Virus record (IMG/VR): IMGVR_UViG_3300025012_000027
Span: 62,001-126,000 of that record
DNA: 64,000 nt
Direction: 5' to 3' (one strand)
A program made the position numbers and the translations under genes. The notes beneath the pieces were generated by a model, which did no database searches, was not told where the DNA came from, and saw only the letters and a program-made list of their open reading frames with translations. Shown piece after piece: positions 19,062 to 28,581 of this stretch (the first letter of the stretch is position 1; each line of letters opens with the position of its first letter).

Positions 19062-19784
19062 ATGTTTGACTTTGTATCTGATGATGCCAAAACAACCCAT
19101 TTGTCAATGTTTGGATTGATGAAGACCAACCAAGGTCTGTTCAAAACAGCAAAGCAGGCAAACTATTTGTTTCCTATGTATTGTAAAGCACGCAGTTTCG
19201 ATACAATAGAGTCGGTGAAAACAAACTTTGGTATTGATCTAACCCCCGGGCAATGTATCGTAAACGTCGATGCAACTACGTCATGGGCTAGTTATGGCAC
19301 TAACAGCATTCGTCCAGTTTCATGGATGTATGTTGTTGATAAATATGGGGTTGTCGCAGAATACAAACTCGGATATAAAGGCACTATGCGAGAAGGCACT
19401 TACGTCGATCCAACAAAAACGAAACTTGTTTGGAATCGAACATGCGCAGTTAAGGAACTTGAACCAGTTGCCGTTGCTGAAAAAGTTCCCAGCAAACACG
19501 TTAGCTACGTTGGGCGTCGCATCGAAATGGAATGTACGGTTAAAAAGATTCGTACATATAACAAACCAAAGTTCCACTATTACGATTCTTCAGTCGGTTA
19601 TATGACCGTCATGGAGAATGCCGGTAACGTTGTTATCTACTGGGGCGCATTCGATGATGTATATGAAGGCGATACGATTAAGATTCGCGCAACAATCAAA
19701 GAACACTCTGTGCGAGATGGTGTTGCTCAAACGATCGTAAATCGACCAACACTAATTAAAGAAAAACAAGAAATCACAGCATAA
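19062..19784 (+). CDS. Hypothetical protein with C-terminal OB-fold-like domain
   Basis: AAGGAG RBS; SKHVSYVG.R...EGDTIKIRATIKEH...QTIVNRP. Confidence 0.65.
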   Translation: MFDFVSDDAKTTHLSMFGLMKTNQGLFKTAKQANYLFPMYCKARSFDTIESVKTNFGIDLTPGQCIVNVDATTSWASYGTNSIRPVSWMYVVDKYGVVAEYKLGYKGTMREGTYVDPTKTKLVWNRTCAVKELEPVAVAEKVPSKHVSYVGRRIEMECTVKKIRTYNKPKFHYYDSSVGYMTVMENAGNVVIYWGAFDDVYEGDTIKIRATIKEHSVRDGVAQTIVNRPTLIKEKQEITA

Positions 19785-19786
19785 CC

Positions 19787-20956
19787 AAGGATGTAAATGG
19801 CAGATGAATTTAAAGTATTGAGTGACCGCCATGCGCATTACTGTTGAGTGATTTGCAGTTGTCGTAGTGAAATCTTTTAAAATTCCATGTGGTGCCGATT
19901 CGATTACAGTGCGGACATTCAAACCTATTAGGTACCCTCCCTAACACATATCCTGCAGGAACACTAGATGATTGTGGTAATCTTAAGTTGTCGACGCCGT
20001 TATTATACCATCTAGTGCTAGTAACCGCATGCTTATATAGGTGATTGTTCTTCCAGAATTCAGCGGTGGTTATAGTAATCCGTTTATCGGTGGTCAACTC
20101 GATGACTGGTATGCGACCGGAGCATCCCTTATTGCCTTTACCAGTATGGTCATATAAGTCTTTATTAGCCGCATACTCTTCGCTAGTCAGTCTTACTTTT
20201 TCAGTCGTCCCTTTAGTATGAACGGTTAGTTTTCCGGATGGAAGTTTTAGCCCAGAATTCCAAGATGGGGTCCCTTCCGCGAAATGTTTGTATAACCCTC
20301 GATTTGCACGATATTCGGCTACAGTTACCCAGACAGTTTCATCAGTTGCTACTAATTTACACGACAGATGCGCTGGATGAGTAGCACAATGTCGGGTTCG
20401 ACTGTCAGAAATCTTCTTGCGCGTTTCTGGGCTGACATATTTTCCGGTATGCCTTTTCGATACTTGTTTGGCATGTGCTATACACGCCTCGCCGTATAAC
20501 AAAGCCGCGTTTATCATATTGTCGTCGTCAAACTTAGATATGTTTTGGGTCGAACACATCAACAGCAAAGGTGATGCGTTTTGCGCAACTCGCCATGATT
20601 TCCATAATAAGAAATGTGCGACGAGGTGATCTGAGTGTGTTAGAATAACCCGATTCCACGGAAATCTTGCAAAATTTGAATATTGGCCAAATGCCCATCT
20701 AGGAAGTATGTGGTGAGCTGCGGTTTTAAATTTTATGCGTTTTGGCAGACGCGCAGATTCTATGAATGTAAAATATTCAACTAGATCTATCGTAGGATAT
20801 TCTTGACGAAACGCGTCAACATAAGTATAATTACTGAACATTGTTATTTCCTTAGTACCGTTTTAACGTGTTTAGAGTCCTTGGGTGCGTAATACCGCGA
20901 AGGACACTTTTATTTAAAGGGTGTAAATGGCAGATGAATTTAAAGTATTGAGTGAC
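19787..20956. repeat. 40-bp direct repeat (19787-19826 / 20917-20956) of the topoisomerase RBS and first 10 codons, bracketing the HNH gene
   Basis: aagg(a/g)tgtaaATGgcagatgaatttaaagtattgagtgac, 39/40 identical. Confidence 0.95.
19810..20841 (-). CDS. Free-standing HNH homing endonuclease
   Basis: HHILPR...NRVILTHSDHLVAHFLLWK; NUMOD3-like SPETRKKIS; three internal repeats; WYNNG; C-terminal CPHC finger. Confidence 0.85.
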   Translation of the reverse strand: MFSNYTYVDAFRQEYPTIDLVEYFTFIESARLPKRIKFKTAAHHILPRWAFGQYSNFARFPWNRVILTHSDHLVAHFLLWKSWRVAQNASPLLLMCSTQNISKFDDDNMINAALLYGEACIAHAKQVSKRHTGKYVSPETRKKISDSRTRHCATHPAHLSCKLVATDETVWVTVAEYRANRGLYKHFAEGTPSWNSGLKLPSGKLTVHTKGTTEKVRLTSEEYAANKDLYDHTGKGNKGCSGRIPVIELTTDKRITITTAEFWKNNHLYKHAVTSTRWYNNGVDNLRLPQSSSVPAGYVLGRVPNRFECPHCNRIGTTWNFKRFHYDNCKSLNSNAHGGHSIL

Positions 20957-22732
20957 AGGGACCACATAATGTTGCGACCGGGCATGTATGCGGGATCGGT
21001 AGTTGAAGAGCCCATCTCAGGTATCATTGATTACAAATATCAATCGAAGAAGATTGTCCCAGCACTTATCAAGTGCATCGAAGAGATTCTGCAGAATTCT
21101 ATTGACGAGCATATTCGCACTGATGGAAAGTTTGCTACTGAAATATCGTTGACGATCGACCAAACGATCAATGGAACAGAAATTACAATCGCGGATAACG
21201 GCCGCGGAATTCCTGTTGAAAAGATCGGCGATTCTTATCGACCAGTATTAGCATGGACTGAGTTGAGAGCAGGGTCTAACTTCGATGACTCTGCTGGTCG
21301 AGTGACCGCTGGCACAAACGGAATGGGGGCAGCTATCACCAACGTTCTTTCAAAACAGTTCATCGGAACAAGTTGCGACGGGAAGAAACGTATCGTAGTA
21401 TCGTCATATGACAATATGTCTACTGTCGACTTTGAGATATCAAAGACCAACGCTAAAGGTGTTACTGTACAGTTTATCCCCGATCTAGAACGATTTGGTT
21501 TGAGTGGGTTTACGTTAGACCACGAAGACGTCATCAATGACCGAATTCGTAATCTAGCTATCCAGTATCCTAAGATAACGTTCAGCGTCAACCGTGAGAA
21601 GATCAAGTTTAAAAACATCAAACAAGTCGCAAAACTGTTTCATGAAGATGCTATATCGGTCGAAGATGGGTTGGCTGCTATCGTTATTGCTCCTTCGGGT
21701 GACGACGAAGAGTTTCGTTGTTTGAGTTACGTTAACGGCATATACATCAAGAACGGCGGGGCGCACATCGATTTTGTGGTCGATCGTATCATTGTAATTC
21801 TTCGAGAGTATGTGAAGAAGAAGCATAAGATCGACGTGCTACCGAATCAAATCCGCCAGCACTTGTTGATTGCTAGTTGGATCAATGGATTCCCGAATTT
21901 GAAGTTTGACTCACAGACAAAGGAACGCATTACTAACTCGCAGTCAGAAGTGAATGTGGTATTGGGCAGTATCGACTTCGATCGAGTGGCAAAACAGATT
22001 CTAGGAACTCCGAGTATAATTGATCCAATGATCGCTGCTATTCTTTTCAAGAAAGAAATGGCTGAAAAATTAGCCCTGGCAAAGAAGCAGAAATCTGCGG
22101 CAAAACTTAGAGTCGTCAATCACATCGTAGCAACAGACCCCAATCCAGAAAACAAGATGTTGTTGCTGTGCGAGGGATTGTCTGCAATTGGATCATTGAT
22201 CTCAGTACGAAATCCTAAGACTGTTGGCGGATATCCTCTGCGAGGTAAGCCACTCAACATTTGTGGGATGAAACCAGTAGACATCGTTAAGAACAAGGAG
22301 ATGTTTGAGTTAATGAACATCATTGGTCTTGAGTTTGGTAAACCAAACCCAGAGTTGAACTATGGTAAGATTGCTGTGTTCAGCGACTTAGACATTGACG
22401 GTGCGCACATATTTGGCTTGTTGTTGAACTTTTTCAGTCTTTGGCCATCATTGTTTGCTGAGCGAAGAATATTTCGTATGCTGGCTCCTTTGTACCATTG
22501 TACTAAAGGAAAAGATGTTAAAATCTTTTACACAAAAGAAGAGTTTGATAAAGCAAATCTTAAGGGATATGCTGTAGACTACTTCAAGGGATTGGGTAGC
22601 ATGCCCGAAGATGTGTATCGCGAGTGTGTAAACAATCCTAGATTGATTGAAGTATGTGCGGACGATCTGAATAAACTCGACATGGCATTTGGCGATAGTG
22701 CTGATGCTCGTAAACAATGGCTAATGGCTTGA
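20927..22732 (+). CDS. 39: DNA topoisomerase II large subunit (fused gp39+gp60)
   Basis: RPGMY, EILQNSIDE, DNGRGIP, GTNGMG, FDSQTKE, EGLSA, PLRGK, DLDIDG, YFKGLGS. Confidence 0.97.
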   Translation: MADEFKVLSDRDHIMLRPGMYAGSVVEEPISGIIDYKYQSKKIVPALIKCIEEILQNSIDEHIRTDGKFATEISLTIDQTINGTEITIADNGRGIPVEKIGDSYRPVLAWTELRAGSNFDDSAGRVTAGTNGMGAAITNVLSKQFIGTSCDGKKRIVVSSYDNMSTVDFEISKTNAKGVTVQFIPDLERFGLSGFTLDHEDVINDRIRNLAIQYPKITFSVNREKIKFKNIKQVAKLFHEDAISVEDGLAAIVIAPSGDDEEFRCLSYVNGIYIKNGGAHIDFVVDRIIVILREYVKKKHKIDVLPNQIRQHLLIASWINGFPNLKFDSQTKERITNSQSEVNVVLGSIDFDRVAKQILGTPSIIDPMIAAILFKKEMAEKLALAKKQKSAAKLRVVNHIVATDPNPENKMLLLCEGLSAIGSLISVRNPKTVGGYPLRGKPLNICGMKPVDIVKNKEMFELMNIIGLEFGKPNPELNYGKIAVFSDLDIDGAHIFGLLLNFFSLWPSLFAERRIFRMLAPLYHCTKGKDVKIFYTKEEFDKANLKGYAVDYFKGLGSMPEDVYRECVNNPRLIEVCADDLNKLDMAFGDSADARKQWLMA

Positions 22733-22735
22733 TAC

Positions 22736-24052
22736 ATGAAAATTGAACAACGAACACTAACTGATATCATTGACACCGAGTTTCGTGCATTCTCGATGTA
22801 CACGATCGAGAATCGAGCAATTCCATCTGCAATTGATGGATTGAAGCCTGTTATGCGCAAATTGCTGTATGCAATGATCGTGGAACATAAGGGAAAAAAG
22901 GTTAAGCTCTCTGATTTGGGCGGGATCTCGAAGTACTCATACCATCACGGAGAAACATCTGCTATAGGTGCAGCTATTGGATTATCACAGGCGTGGAGCA
23001 ACAATGCGACACTGTTTGATGGTCACGGGAACTTTGGATCGAGACTTGTTCAAGAATCTGCGGCTCCTCGATACATATATGCTTCGTTGTCTGATAACTA
23101 TAAGAAATACTTCAGGGATACCGAGGTATCACCTGTGGCGTTCGACAAAGAAAACCCAGAACCAGCATTCTATCTCCCAATCATTCCGTGGGTGTTGGTA
23201 AACGGAATCAGTGGTATTGCTGTTGGATTCAAAACAGATATCTTACCTAGACAAATATCAGATCTAGTTGCCGCTACAAAAGCATGTGTAAAAAATCCCG
23301 ATGAATTTTTGAAAGCGGATGCTCCTATTAAGCCATCGTTCCCAGACTTCAAAGGAACGGTCACTCAATTGTCTAGTAATCAGTGGAAAACTTCTGGTAT
23401 CATTAGTTACGTTGGTAAGAACTATTTTTCAATCACCGAAGTACCTATTGGTTATGATCGAGCATCTTATGTAGAGTTGTTGAACTCGATGATCGACAAA
23501 GATCTGATTCGAGATTATGAAGACTGCTGCTCCAAAGCAGGTTTTGGATTCAACGTAAAGGTCAGTTTGAATCAGAAGATGGATGCCGAGAAAGATCTTT
23601 TGAAGTATTTCAAACTTGAACGAACACATACCGAGATTCTAACGACTCTTGGGCATGACGGCAAGTTGAAGATCTTCAATTCAGTTGCAGAGCTAATCTA
23701 CTACTTCGTTAACTATCGATTGACTAAGTTCGGTGATAAGATTCTGTACGACAAAACCAAGTTGTCTGAAGAACTTGATATAATTGAGCACAAGATTAAG
23801 TTCGTGAAAGATGTGATCGACGATAAGATCGACTTTAGGCATACTACGAAAAGTGCATTGCTGTCATGGATTAACAGCAATATATCGACATGTGATTGGG
23901 CTAAGTCATTCATTAACATTCCATTGTATGAATGTACCAGCGATCAAGTAGCAGAATTACAACAATCGTTTGACGATAAAACCGAAAAGATGCAGCAGTT
24001 GAACCTACAAACTCCTAATGGCATGTACCTAGCTGCTCTAAAAGGCGTATAG
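22736..24052 (+). CDS. 52: DNA topoisomerase II medium subunit gp52
   Basis: RAIPSAIDGLKP, YHHGE, GNFGSR, AAPRY (catalytic Tyr), LVNGISGIAVG. Confidence 0.97.
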   Translation: MKIEQRTLTDIIDTEFRAFSMYTIENRAIPSAIDGLKPVMRKLLYAMIVEHKGKKVKLSDLGGISKYSYHHGETSAIGAAIGLSQAWSNNATLFDGHGNFGSRLVQESAAPRYIYASLSDNYKKYFRDTEVSPVAFDKENPEPAFYLPIIPWVLVNGISGIAVGFKTDILPRQISDLVAATKACVKNPDEFLKADAPIKPSFPDFKGTVTQLSSNQWKTSGIISYVGKNYFSITEVPIGYDRASYVELLNSMIDKDLIRDYEDCCSKAGFGFNVKVSLNQKMDAEKDLLKYFKLERTHTEILTTLGHDGKLKIFNSVAELIYYFVNYRLTKFGDKILYDKTKLSEELDIIEHKIKFVKDVIDDKIDFRHTTKSALLSWINSNISTCDWAKSFINIPLYECTSDQVAELQQSFDDKTEKMQQLNLQTPNGMYLAALKGV

Positions 24053-24138
24053 GGCCTAATAGATCGTGCTGTATTCAATTACTTGAGATTGCATATGTGT
24101 AGCAGTTGGTTGACTGAAAAAAGACGCTCAAAGACTTG

Positions 24139-24167
24139 TTGACGTGATCGTAGTTTAGTCATATAAT
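24139..24167 (+). promoter_or_regulatory. sigma70 early promoter
   Basis: TTGACG-17 nt-TATAAT. Confidence 0.8.
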
Positions 24168-24173
24168 ACACAT

Positions 24174-24317
24174 ATGAAACTAATAATCGCACTTCTCGAA
24201 ATCATTGGTAGAGTACTCGGTGCTATCATAGGCACTGTGTTTATTTGGTTGATTGTCGATCAGTTCAGACTCGGTAAAAAAGTTACAGACCTGTTTAACC
24301 CAAAGGATTATGAATGA
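24174..24317 (+). CDS. Small membrane protein (47 aa, not in track)
   Basis: MKLIIALLEIIGRVLGAIIGTVFIWLIV...; ATG 6 nt after -10; ATGA-coupled to next gene. Confidence 0.6.
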   Translation: MKLIIALLEIIGRVLGAIIGTVFIWLIVDQFRLGKKVTDLFNPKDYE

Positions 24318-24730
24318 CATTCATTGTTACTGTGCAAGAGACTCCCGACGGCGAGCTGTTCATAGAACTCCCGCCAGAGATCGTAACATCTCTCAAACTC
24401 AAGGTCGGCGACACTATGTACTGGGCAGTCGGTGATCGAGAAGCGACGCTGTCTAAATCTCCCACAAGTCTTGTTAAGATTGAAACGGCATCGACGTTTA
24501 AGATGACCTATCTGGTTGAGGTCCCGTTGGGACATACGATCGAGTCTATTACAGAGTTACCTGAACCAACCGAACTTAACCAAGAACATTCGGGTGAATT
24601 CATTGTGTCTCAAGAACCAATTAGTCGAAAAGAATGTGATGCACTATTGCACGCCTATTGTCCTGGAGTTGGTGCGGGGGTGAGATTTAATGCATTCATC
24701 AACCGAATCGTTGATACGAAAGATGAATAG
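24314..24730 (+). CDS. AbrB/MazE/SpoVT-like DNA-binding domain protein
   Basis: DGELFIELPPEIVTSLKLKVGDTMYW. Confidence 0.65.
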   Translation: MTFIVTVQETPDGELFIELPPEIVTSLKLKVGDTMYWAVGDREATLSKSPTSLVKIETASTFKMTYLVEVPLGHTIESITELPEPTELNQEHSGEFIVSQEPISRKECDALLHAYCPGVGAGVRFNAFINRIVDTKDE

Positions 24731-24815
24731 AATATACGCTGATATTATCATGTATGTGGTTTGTGTGATACTAGGTATTGTGCTAGTAGCGATACAGGTT
24801 TTATAAAGGATTGAT

Positions 24816-25151
24816 ATGGAATTTATGTCATGTGATACGTATTGGGTAAAAATTTACATCGCTGGGCCAATTGAAGTTGCAAAGCAAATTATCAGACTTC
24901 ATACAGCGTCTGTCGGCCTGTGTGTGACGATCGACCCAACTACCTACATCTATACCGGTGGTGAAGAAGCTGGGTATGTCGTTGGGTTGATCAACTATCC
25001 TCGCTTCCCAAGCACACCAGACGAACTAGATGTGAAAGCTGCGGTTCTAGCAAGTGCGTTGCGCGCAGGGACCGGTCAGTCGTCTTATACGATAATGACA
25101 CCGACGACAACAAAATTCTTTTCATATCGAGCTGAGATGGGATCAGAATAG
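24816..25151 (+). CDS. Conserved phage hypothetical protein
   Basis: AAGGA RBS; GLCVT...YIYTGGEE.G...GLINYPRFP. Confidence 0.7.
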   Translation: MEFMSCDTYWVKIYIAGPIEVAKQIIRLHTASVGLCVTIDPTTYIYTGGEEAGYVVGLINYPRFPSTPDELDVKAAVLASALRAGTGQSSYTIMTPTTTKFFSYRAEMGSE

Positions 25152-25182
25152 TGTTATAATGTAGGCTTACTAGGAGTATATT

Positions 25183-25476
25183 ATGCGCGGAGATTATAGC
25201 CCAACAGTTACGGCAGCTTATGTAAAAGACCAAAACTGGTTTAGGAAATATGCTAATCTTGCTCCTCATGGTGATGTAGTGTATAGTCCATATGATCCAG
25301 ATGGTTTCGATTCTTATGGATACGACAAGGATGATATTGATCGGGCAGGATATACTGCGGATGCATATTACCATAATGATGCGGACTGGGACAGTGATGA
25401 AAACTACAATAATACGTATGACGCGATTCTTGGATCTTGGACATTTGACGGGATCAAACCAGTCCAAATTAAATGA
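25183..25476 (+). CDS. Hypothetical protein (YDxxG repeats)
   Basis: Promoter plus AGGAG RBS. Confidence 0.7.
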   Translation: MRGDYSPTVTAAYVKDQNWFRKYANLAPHGDVVYSPYDPDGFDSYGYDKDDIDRAGYTADAYYHNDADWDSDENYNNTYDAILGSWTFDGIKPVQIK

Positions 25477-25488
25477 GGGGATGCGAGT

Positions 25489-25731
25489 ATGATGGAATTT
25501 TTAATATTAGCCTGGTTATTCTGTGTAGCTGTCATCGGTTACTTCTTTATACGAAACAAAAATGTGTTCGCTGTTCGAATCGAATTTATAGAAATGGATA
25601 GCTCTTGTAGCATGTATGATAAGTTGCCGGGGTATGAATCCATGCTTTATGGTTGGAGATATCAATGTTTGTGGACTACTGACCAATGGATCGATTGGTG
25701 CAATCATAGATTCTCAGAAATCACTGACTAA
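25489..25731 (+). CDS. Small membrane protein
   Basis: N-terminal TM helix; YDKLP.Y.SML. Confidence 0.6.
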   Translation: MMEFLILAWLFCVAVIGYFFIRNKNVFAVRIEFIEMDSSCSMYDKLPGYESMLYGWRYQCLWTTDQWIDWCNHRFSEITD

Positions 25732-25812
25732 ATAATTTTGTAGTGGGTGCTACAACTAACCCTCTTTTAAAAGTTTATGGTCTTAGAGGGTGACCAGTAG
25801 AAAGGAAACATC

Positions 25813-26544
25813 ATGATGTTTAATAACAAGCTAGTTGCAAGTCTAAAAGCTAACGGTAAAATTCTCCGCGAATTCAAAGATACCGTTTACATCCCATTTG
25901 GTTCGGAATACTCATTCCTCATTAAGAACCTCAATATCTCCCGTGCGGTTGTTAATATCTTCATCGACGGGGATGATGTCGTTGAAGGAGGACTCGTTCT
26001 CAATGCTGGGCAATCCGTAGACCTTGAACGATATGTTCGAGCAAACAATCTAACCTCGGGTAATAAGTTCAAGTTCATTGAGCGAACCTCTAAGATCGAG
26101 GATCATCGAGGTGTCAAGTTAGAAGATGGTTTGATTAGGATCGAGTTCCAATTCGAGGCACCTCTGTATCAATATACTGCCTTGCGCGGTGGGTCGCTCC
26201 CATTTAGGAATGAGACATATTCGTTATTGGGTAGCGCAGTCGCACAAAACTGTAGTCAGTCTCAAATATCAGCGTCGGCTTCTGCGGCCGTTCCGGTAAA
26301 TGATATTGGCATCACTGTTCCGGGTAGCAAAAGCGATCAGGCGTTCACATCAACATATCTTGGCCAACTTGATCCAGAAAAGCATTCTATTGTGTTTCGT
26401 TTGCTGGGTGAAACCGAAGATAACAAAGTTGTTACGCGACCAGTGACGGTAAACACGAAACCTAGATGTGTTACGTGCGATACACGCAATAACTCGACGG
26501 CTAAATTTTGTTCCAACTGTGGAACGTCATTAGTGTTGTTTTAA
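25813..26544 (+). CDS. Conserved hypothetical protein with C-terminal zinc ribbon
   Basis: AAGGA RBS; PFGSEY, FKFIER, CxxC...CxxCG. Confidence 0.75.
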   Translation: MMFNNKLVASLKANGKILREFKDTVYIPFGSEYSFLIKNLNISRAVVNIFIDGDDVVEGGLVLNAGQSVDLERYVRANNLTSGNKFKFIERTSKIEDHRGVKLEDGLIRIEFQFEAPLYQYTALRGGSLPFRNETYSLLGSAVAQNCSQSQISASASAAVPVNDIGITVPGSKSDQAFTSTYLGQLDPEKHSIVFRLLGETEDNKVVTRPVTVNTKPRCVTCDTRNNSTAKFCSNCGTSLVLF

Positions 26545-26553
26545 TGTAACAAT

Positions 26554-26571
26554 GCCCGTGGATCCACGGGC
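26554..26571. terminator. GC-rich perfect palindrome, probable terminator
   Basis: GCCCGTGGATCCACGGGC right after stop; lacks a U-tract. Confidence 0.45.
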
Positions 26572-26617
26572 TCCGCTCAATATTATGTTATAATACCAGT
26601 ATCAAAAAGGAATCTAT

Positions 26618-26998
26618 ATGATGAAACGTTTAATGCTAGCTGCTATTGTGGCAGGATCGTTAGTTGGATGCTCTGATGCAGATGTAGCATCTGCTAACTT
26701 GTCTAAAGCAGCTGATCAGTTTGAAGTTACTCGCCGAGTAGTATTCTATAATGGAATTACTGGTGAATACATGCTTACGATTGAGGGACTATGCTCTTTA
26801 GGTAATGCGGACCCGGCTCGATCGCTGTCAATCACATGTAAAACTGGTCCGGACGCATACAAGAAACATTTTCTGGGATTGTCTGATAATGTGACATACT
26901 TTGTTGAGCAGCTTGATGCTAGCAAGGTTAATGTGTTCCATTATCGGGTTGTATTCAAACCAGCAGCTATCGTTCCAAATATTGATGTTGTGAACTGA
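26618..26998 (+). CDS. Conserved phage lipoprotein
   Basis: Lipobox LVGC; RRVVFYNGIT, YKKHFLGLSDNV. Confidence 0.75.
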   Translation: MMKRLMLAAIVAGSLVGCSDADVASANLSKAADQFEVTRRVVFYNGITGEYMLTIEGLCSLGNADPARSLSITCKTGPDAYKKHFLGLSDNVTYFVEQLDASKVNVFHYRVVFKPAAIVPNIDVVN

Positions 26999-27005
26999 TG
27001 TTACT

Positions 27006-27263
27006 ATGATTGCCGAAGCTCGAACCACTCTGATAGCGAAATCCCCCGGTAGGTATGCGCAAATTTTTGAGATCGGCGAAGAGGACAACGAAAATCTAGT
27101 CACTGGATATAAGATTGAGGTCGATCTTATCAGACGCGAATATACATCGTTCATTCAAAAGGGTGATGATGTATGGATAGTTCATAGCGTAAATCGTCCT
27201 ATTGCTAATATGCTATCATTCTGGTCTGAAATAGCGTATGGACAGCTAATACCTGTAGTATAA
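27006..27263 (+). CDS. Hypothetical protein
   Basis: Tiled ORF in operon. Confidence 0.5.
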   Translation: MIAEARTTLIAKSPGRYAQIFEIGEEDNENLVTGYKIEVDLIRREYTSFIQKGDDVWIVHSVNRPIANMLSFWSEIAYGQLIPVV

Positions 27264-27283
27264 TATCACATTAAAGGAATAAT

Positions 27284-27706
27284 ATGAATGTTGAGTTTGA
27301 ATTAGGTAAGCTCATTGCTGCTATGACAACATCATATGCTACCAAGATCGAAGAACTGACGGCTGCTCACGCAGAAGCTGTGTATCGTTTGAAGATCTTG
27401 CTCAACGCATCATTGGTTATGCCTACTGGTGATAGGGGTGAGTTGGTGGCGCGATTGCGAGTGGGTGTTACTCATGACACCCGAGATGATTTAGAAGCAT
27501 CTAGTTGCTATAACTTAGAGACGGCGGCAGATGATGCAGCTGACATGCTGGAGGCTGACGGCAAACTCCTAGCAGTCGCAAAACTTGCTCTGGATGCACT
27601 AGAATCGATACCTGAAGATTTGGAAGGATACTTGCCCGAATCATGTACGGATGCTGTGATTGCACTCCATTCTGTCATTGATAAAGTCGGGGAGAATGTG
27701 AAATGA
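27284..27706 (+). CDS. Hypothetical protein
   Basis: AAGGA RBS, upstream TATAAT. Confidence 0.6.
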   Translation: MNVEFELGKLIAAMTTSYATKIEELTAAHAEAVYRLKILLNASLVMPTGDRGELVARLRVGVTHDTRDDLEASSCYNLETAADDAADMLEADGKLLAVAKLALDALESIPEDLEGYLPESCTDAVIALHSVIDKVGENVK

Positions 27707-27903
27707 GTTATGCGTGCAAAGATCGATCGCCGTTCAAGGAACACCTTCAAGTGCAGGATGGTTATTTCATGGATGGAGTGACTCGCATTCAGAAAATGAT
27801 TTCTATTCCGTTTCGTATGGCGCTGGAATGTGTCTATCAAGCAGATGATCGATACAATGATCCGCAGTGTCGGGGATGCAAACACAAAGTGGATCATAAA
27901 TGA
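27703..27903 (+). CDS. Hypothetical Cys-containing protein
   Basis: ATGA coupling. Confidence 0.55.
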   Translation: MSYACKDRSPFKEHLQVQDGYFMDGVTRIQKMISIPFRMALECVYQADDRYNDPQCRGCKHKVDHK

Positions 27904-28163
27904 CTGAATTTTCAAAAGCACTGCGCAAAGCACGGCCATTGATTGAGTCTGGTGAAGCGCGATTTATGTGTCACGCATTAGGAATTACGGGAGGCGGCAA
28001 TTTCGCCAGTCGGATTTCGAGGCATCTCAAAAAATGCTTAACTTACGAAATTTGGCTTGATAAACACCACCGCGAGGTGTTCCTCAAGATGACCAAAAAC
28101 GACTTCCGTGATGGCCGCCTGCAATGGATCGACCACATGATCAAGATGGAGGAATCGAAATGA
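27900..28163 (+). CDS. Hypothetical protein, GRLQWIDHMI family paralog 1
   Basis: Homologous to 37710 and 37998 ORFs. Confidence 0.7.
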   Translation: MTEFSKALRKARPLIESGEARFMCHALGITGGGNFASRISRHLKKCLTYEIWLDKHHREVFLKMTKNDFRDGRLQWIDHMIKMEESK

Positions 28164-28405
28164 AAAAAGAAGAAGTGCTTGAGATTGCCAGGATGTCTGA
28201 TGCGGGGTTTGGCAGCGACATCGAAAATTGTGACCCTCTATCAGATTGTCTTATTGGGTATGAGGCAATAGCCGCGTTTGCTGGCGAAGTCGAACGTCGA
28301 ACGCTTGAACGTGCTATCACACAGACCATCGGTAAAGGGTTCGTCTCCGAGTATTACTCCTATGATTTTATCGATGCCATCAGAGCATTAAAGGAATCGA
28401 AATGA
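28160..28405 (+). CDS. Hypothetical protein
   Basis: GGAGG RBS, ATGA coupling. Confidence 0.6.
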   Translation: MKKEEVLEIARMSDAGFGSDIENCDPLSDCLIGYEAIAAFAGEVERRTLERAITQTIGKGFVSEYYSYDFIDAIRALKESK

Positions 28406-28581
28406 AATTCAACTTACGGAAATTCAACGATGTTGCTTTTTGTACATTGGAAGAATCCGGGACAATTATTGATTTCGGTGTGCTAGATGTGAATGATGCC
28501 AAGAAGCTACTGCGAGAAATCGAAGATGCTGCTGATGAACTTAAATGGTATCTTGAAAAACAGAACAAGGAACCGAAATGA
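28402..28581 (+). CDS. Hypothetical protein (59 aa, not in track)
   Basis: AAGGA RBS; ATGA-coupled on both sides. Confidence 0.55.
   Translation: MKFNLRKFNDVAFCTLEESGTIIDFGVLDVNDAKKLLREIEDAADELKWYLEKQNKEPK

Noticed and set aside
19787-20956. Group I intron in the topoisomerase gene
   Set aside because: The downstream gene is complete with its own RBS and ATG, the ORF is antisense, and there is no room for a ribozyme core.
20927-22732. T4-style gene 60 ribosomal hop or split topoisomerase
   Set aside because: ATPase and TOPRIM motifs lie in one uninterrupted ORF.
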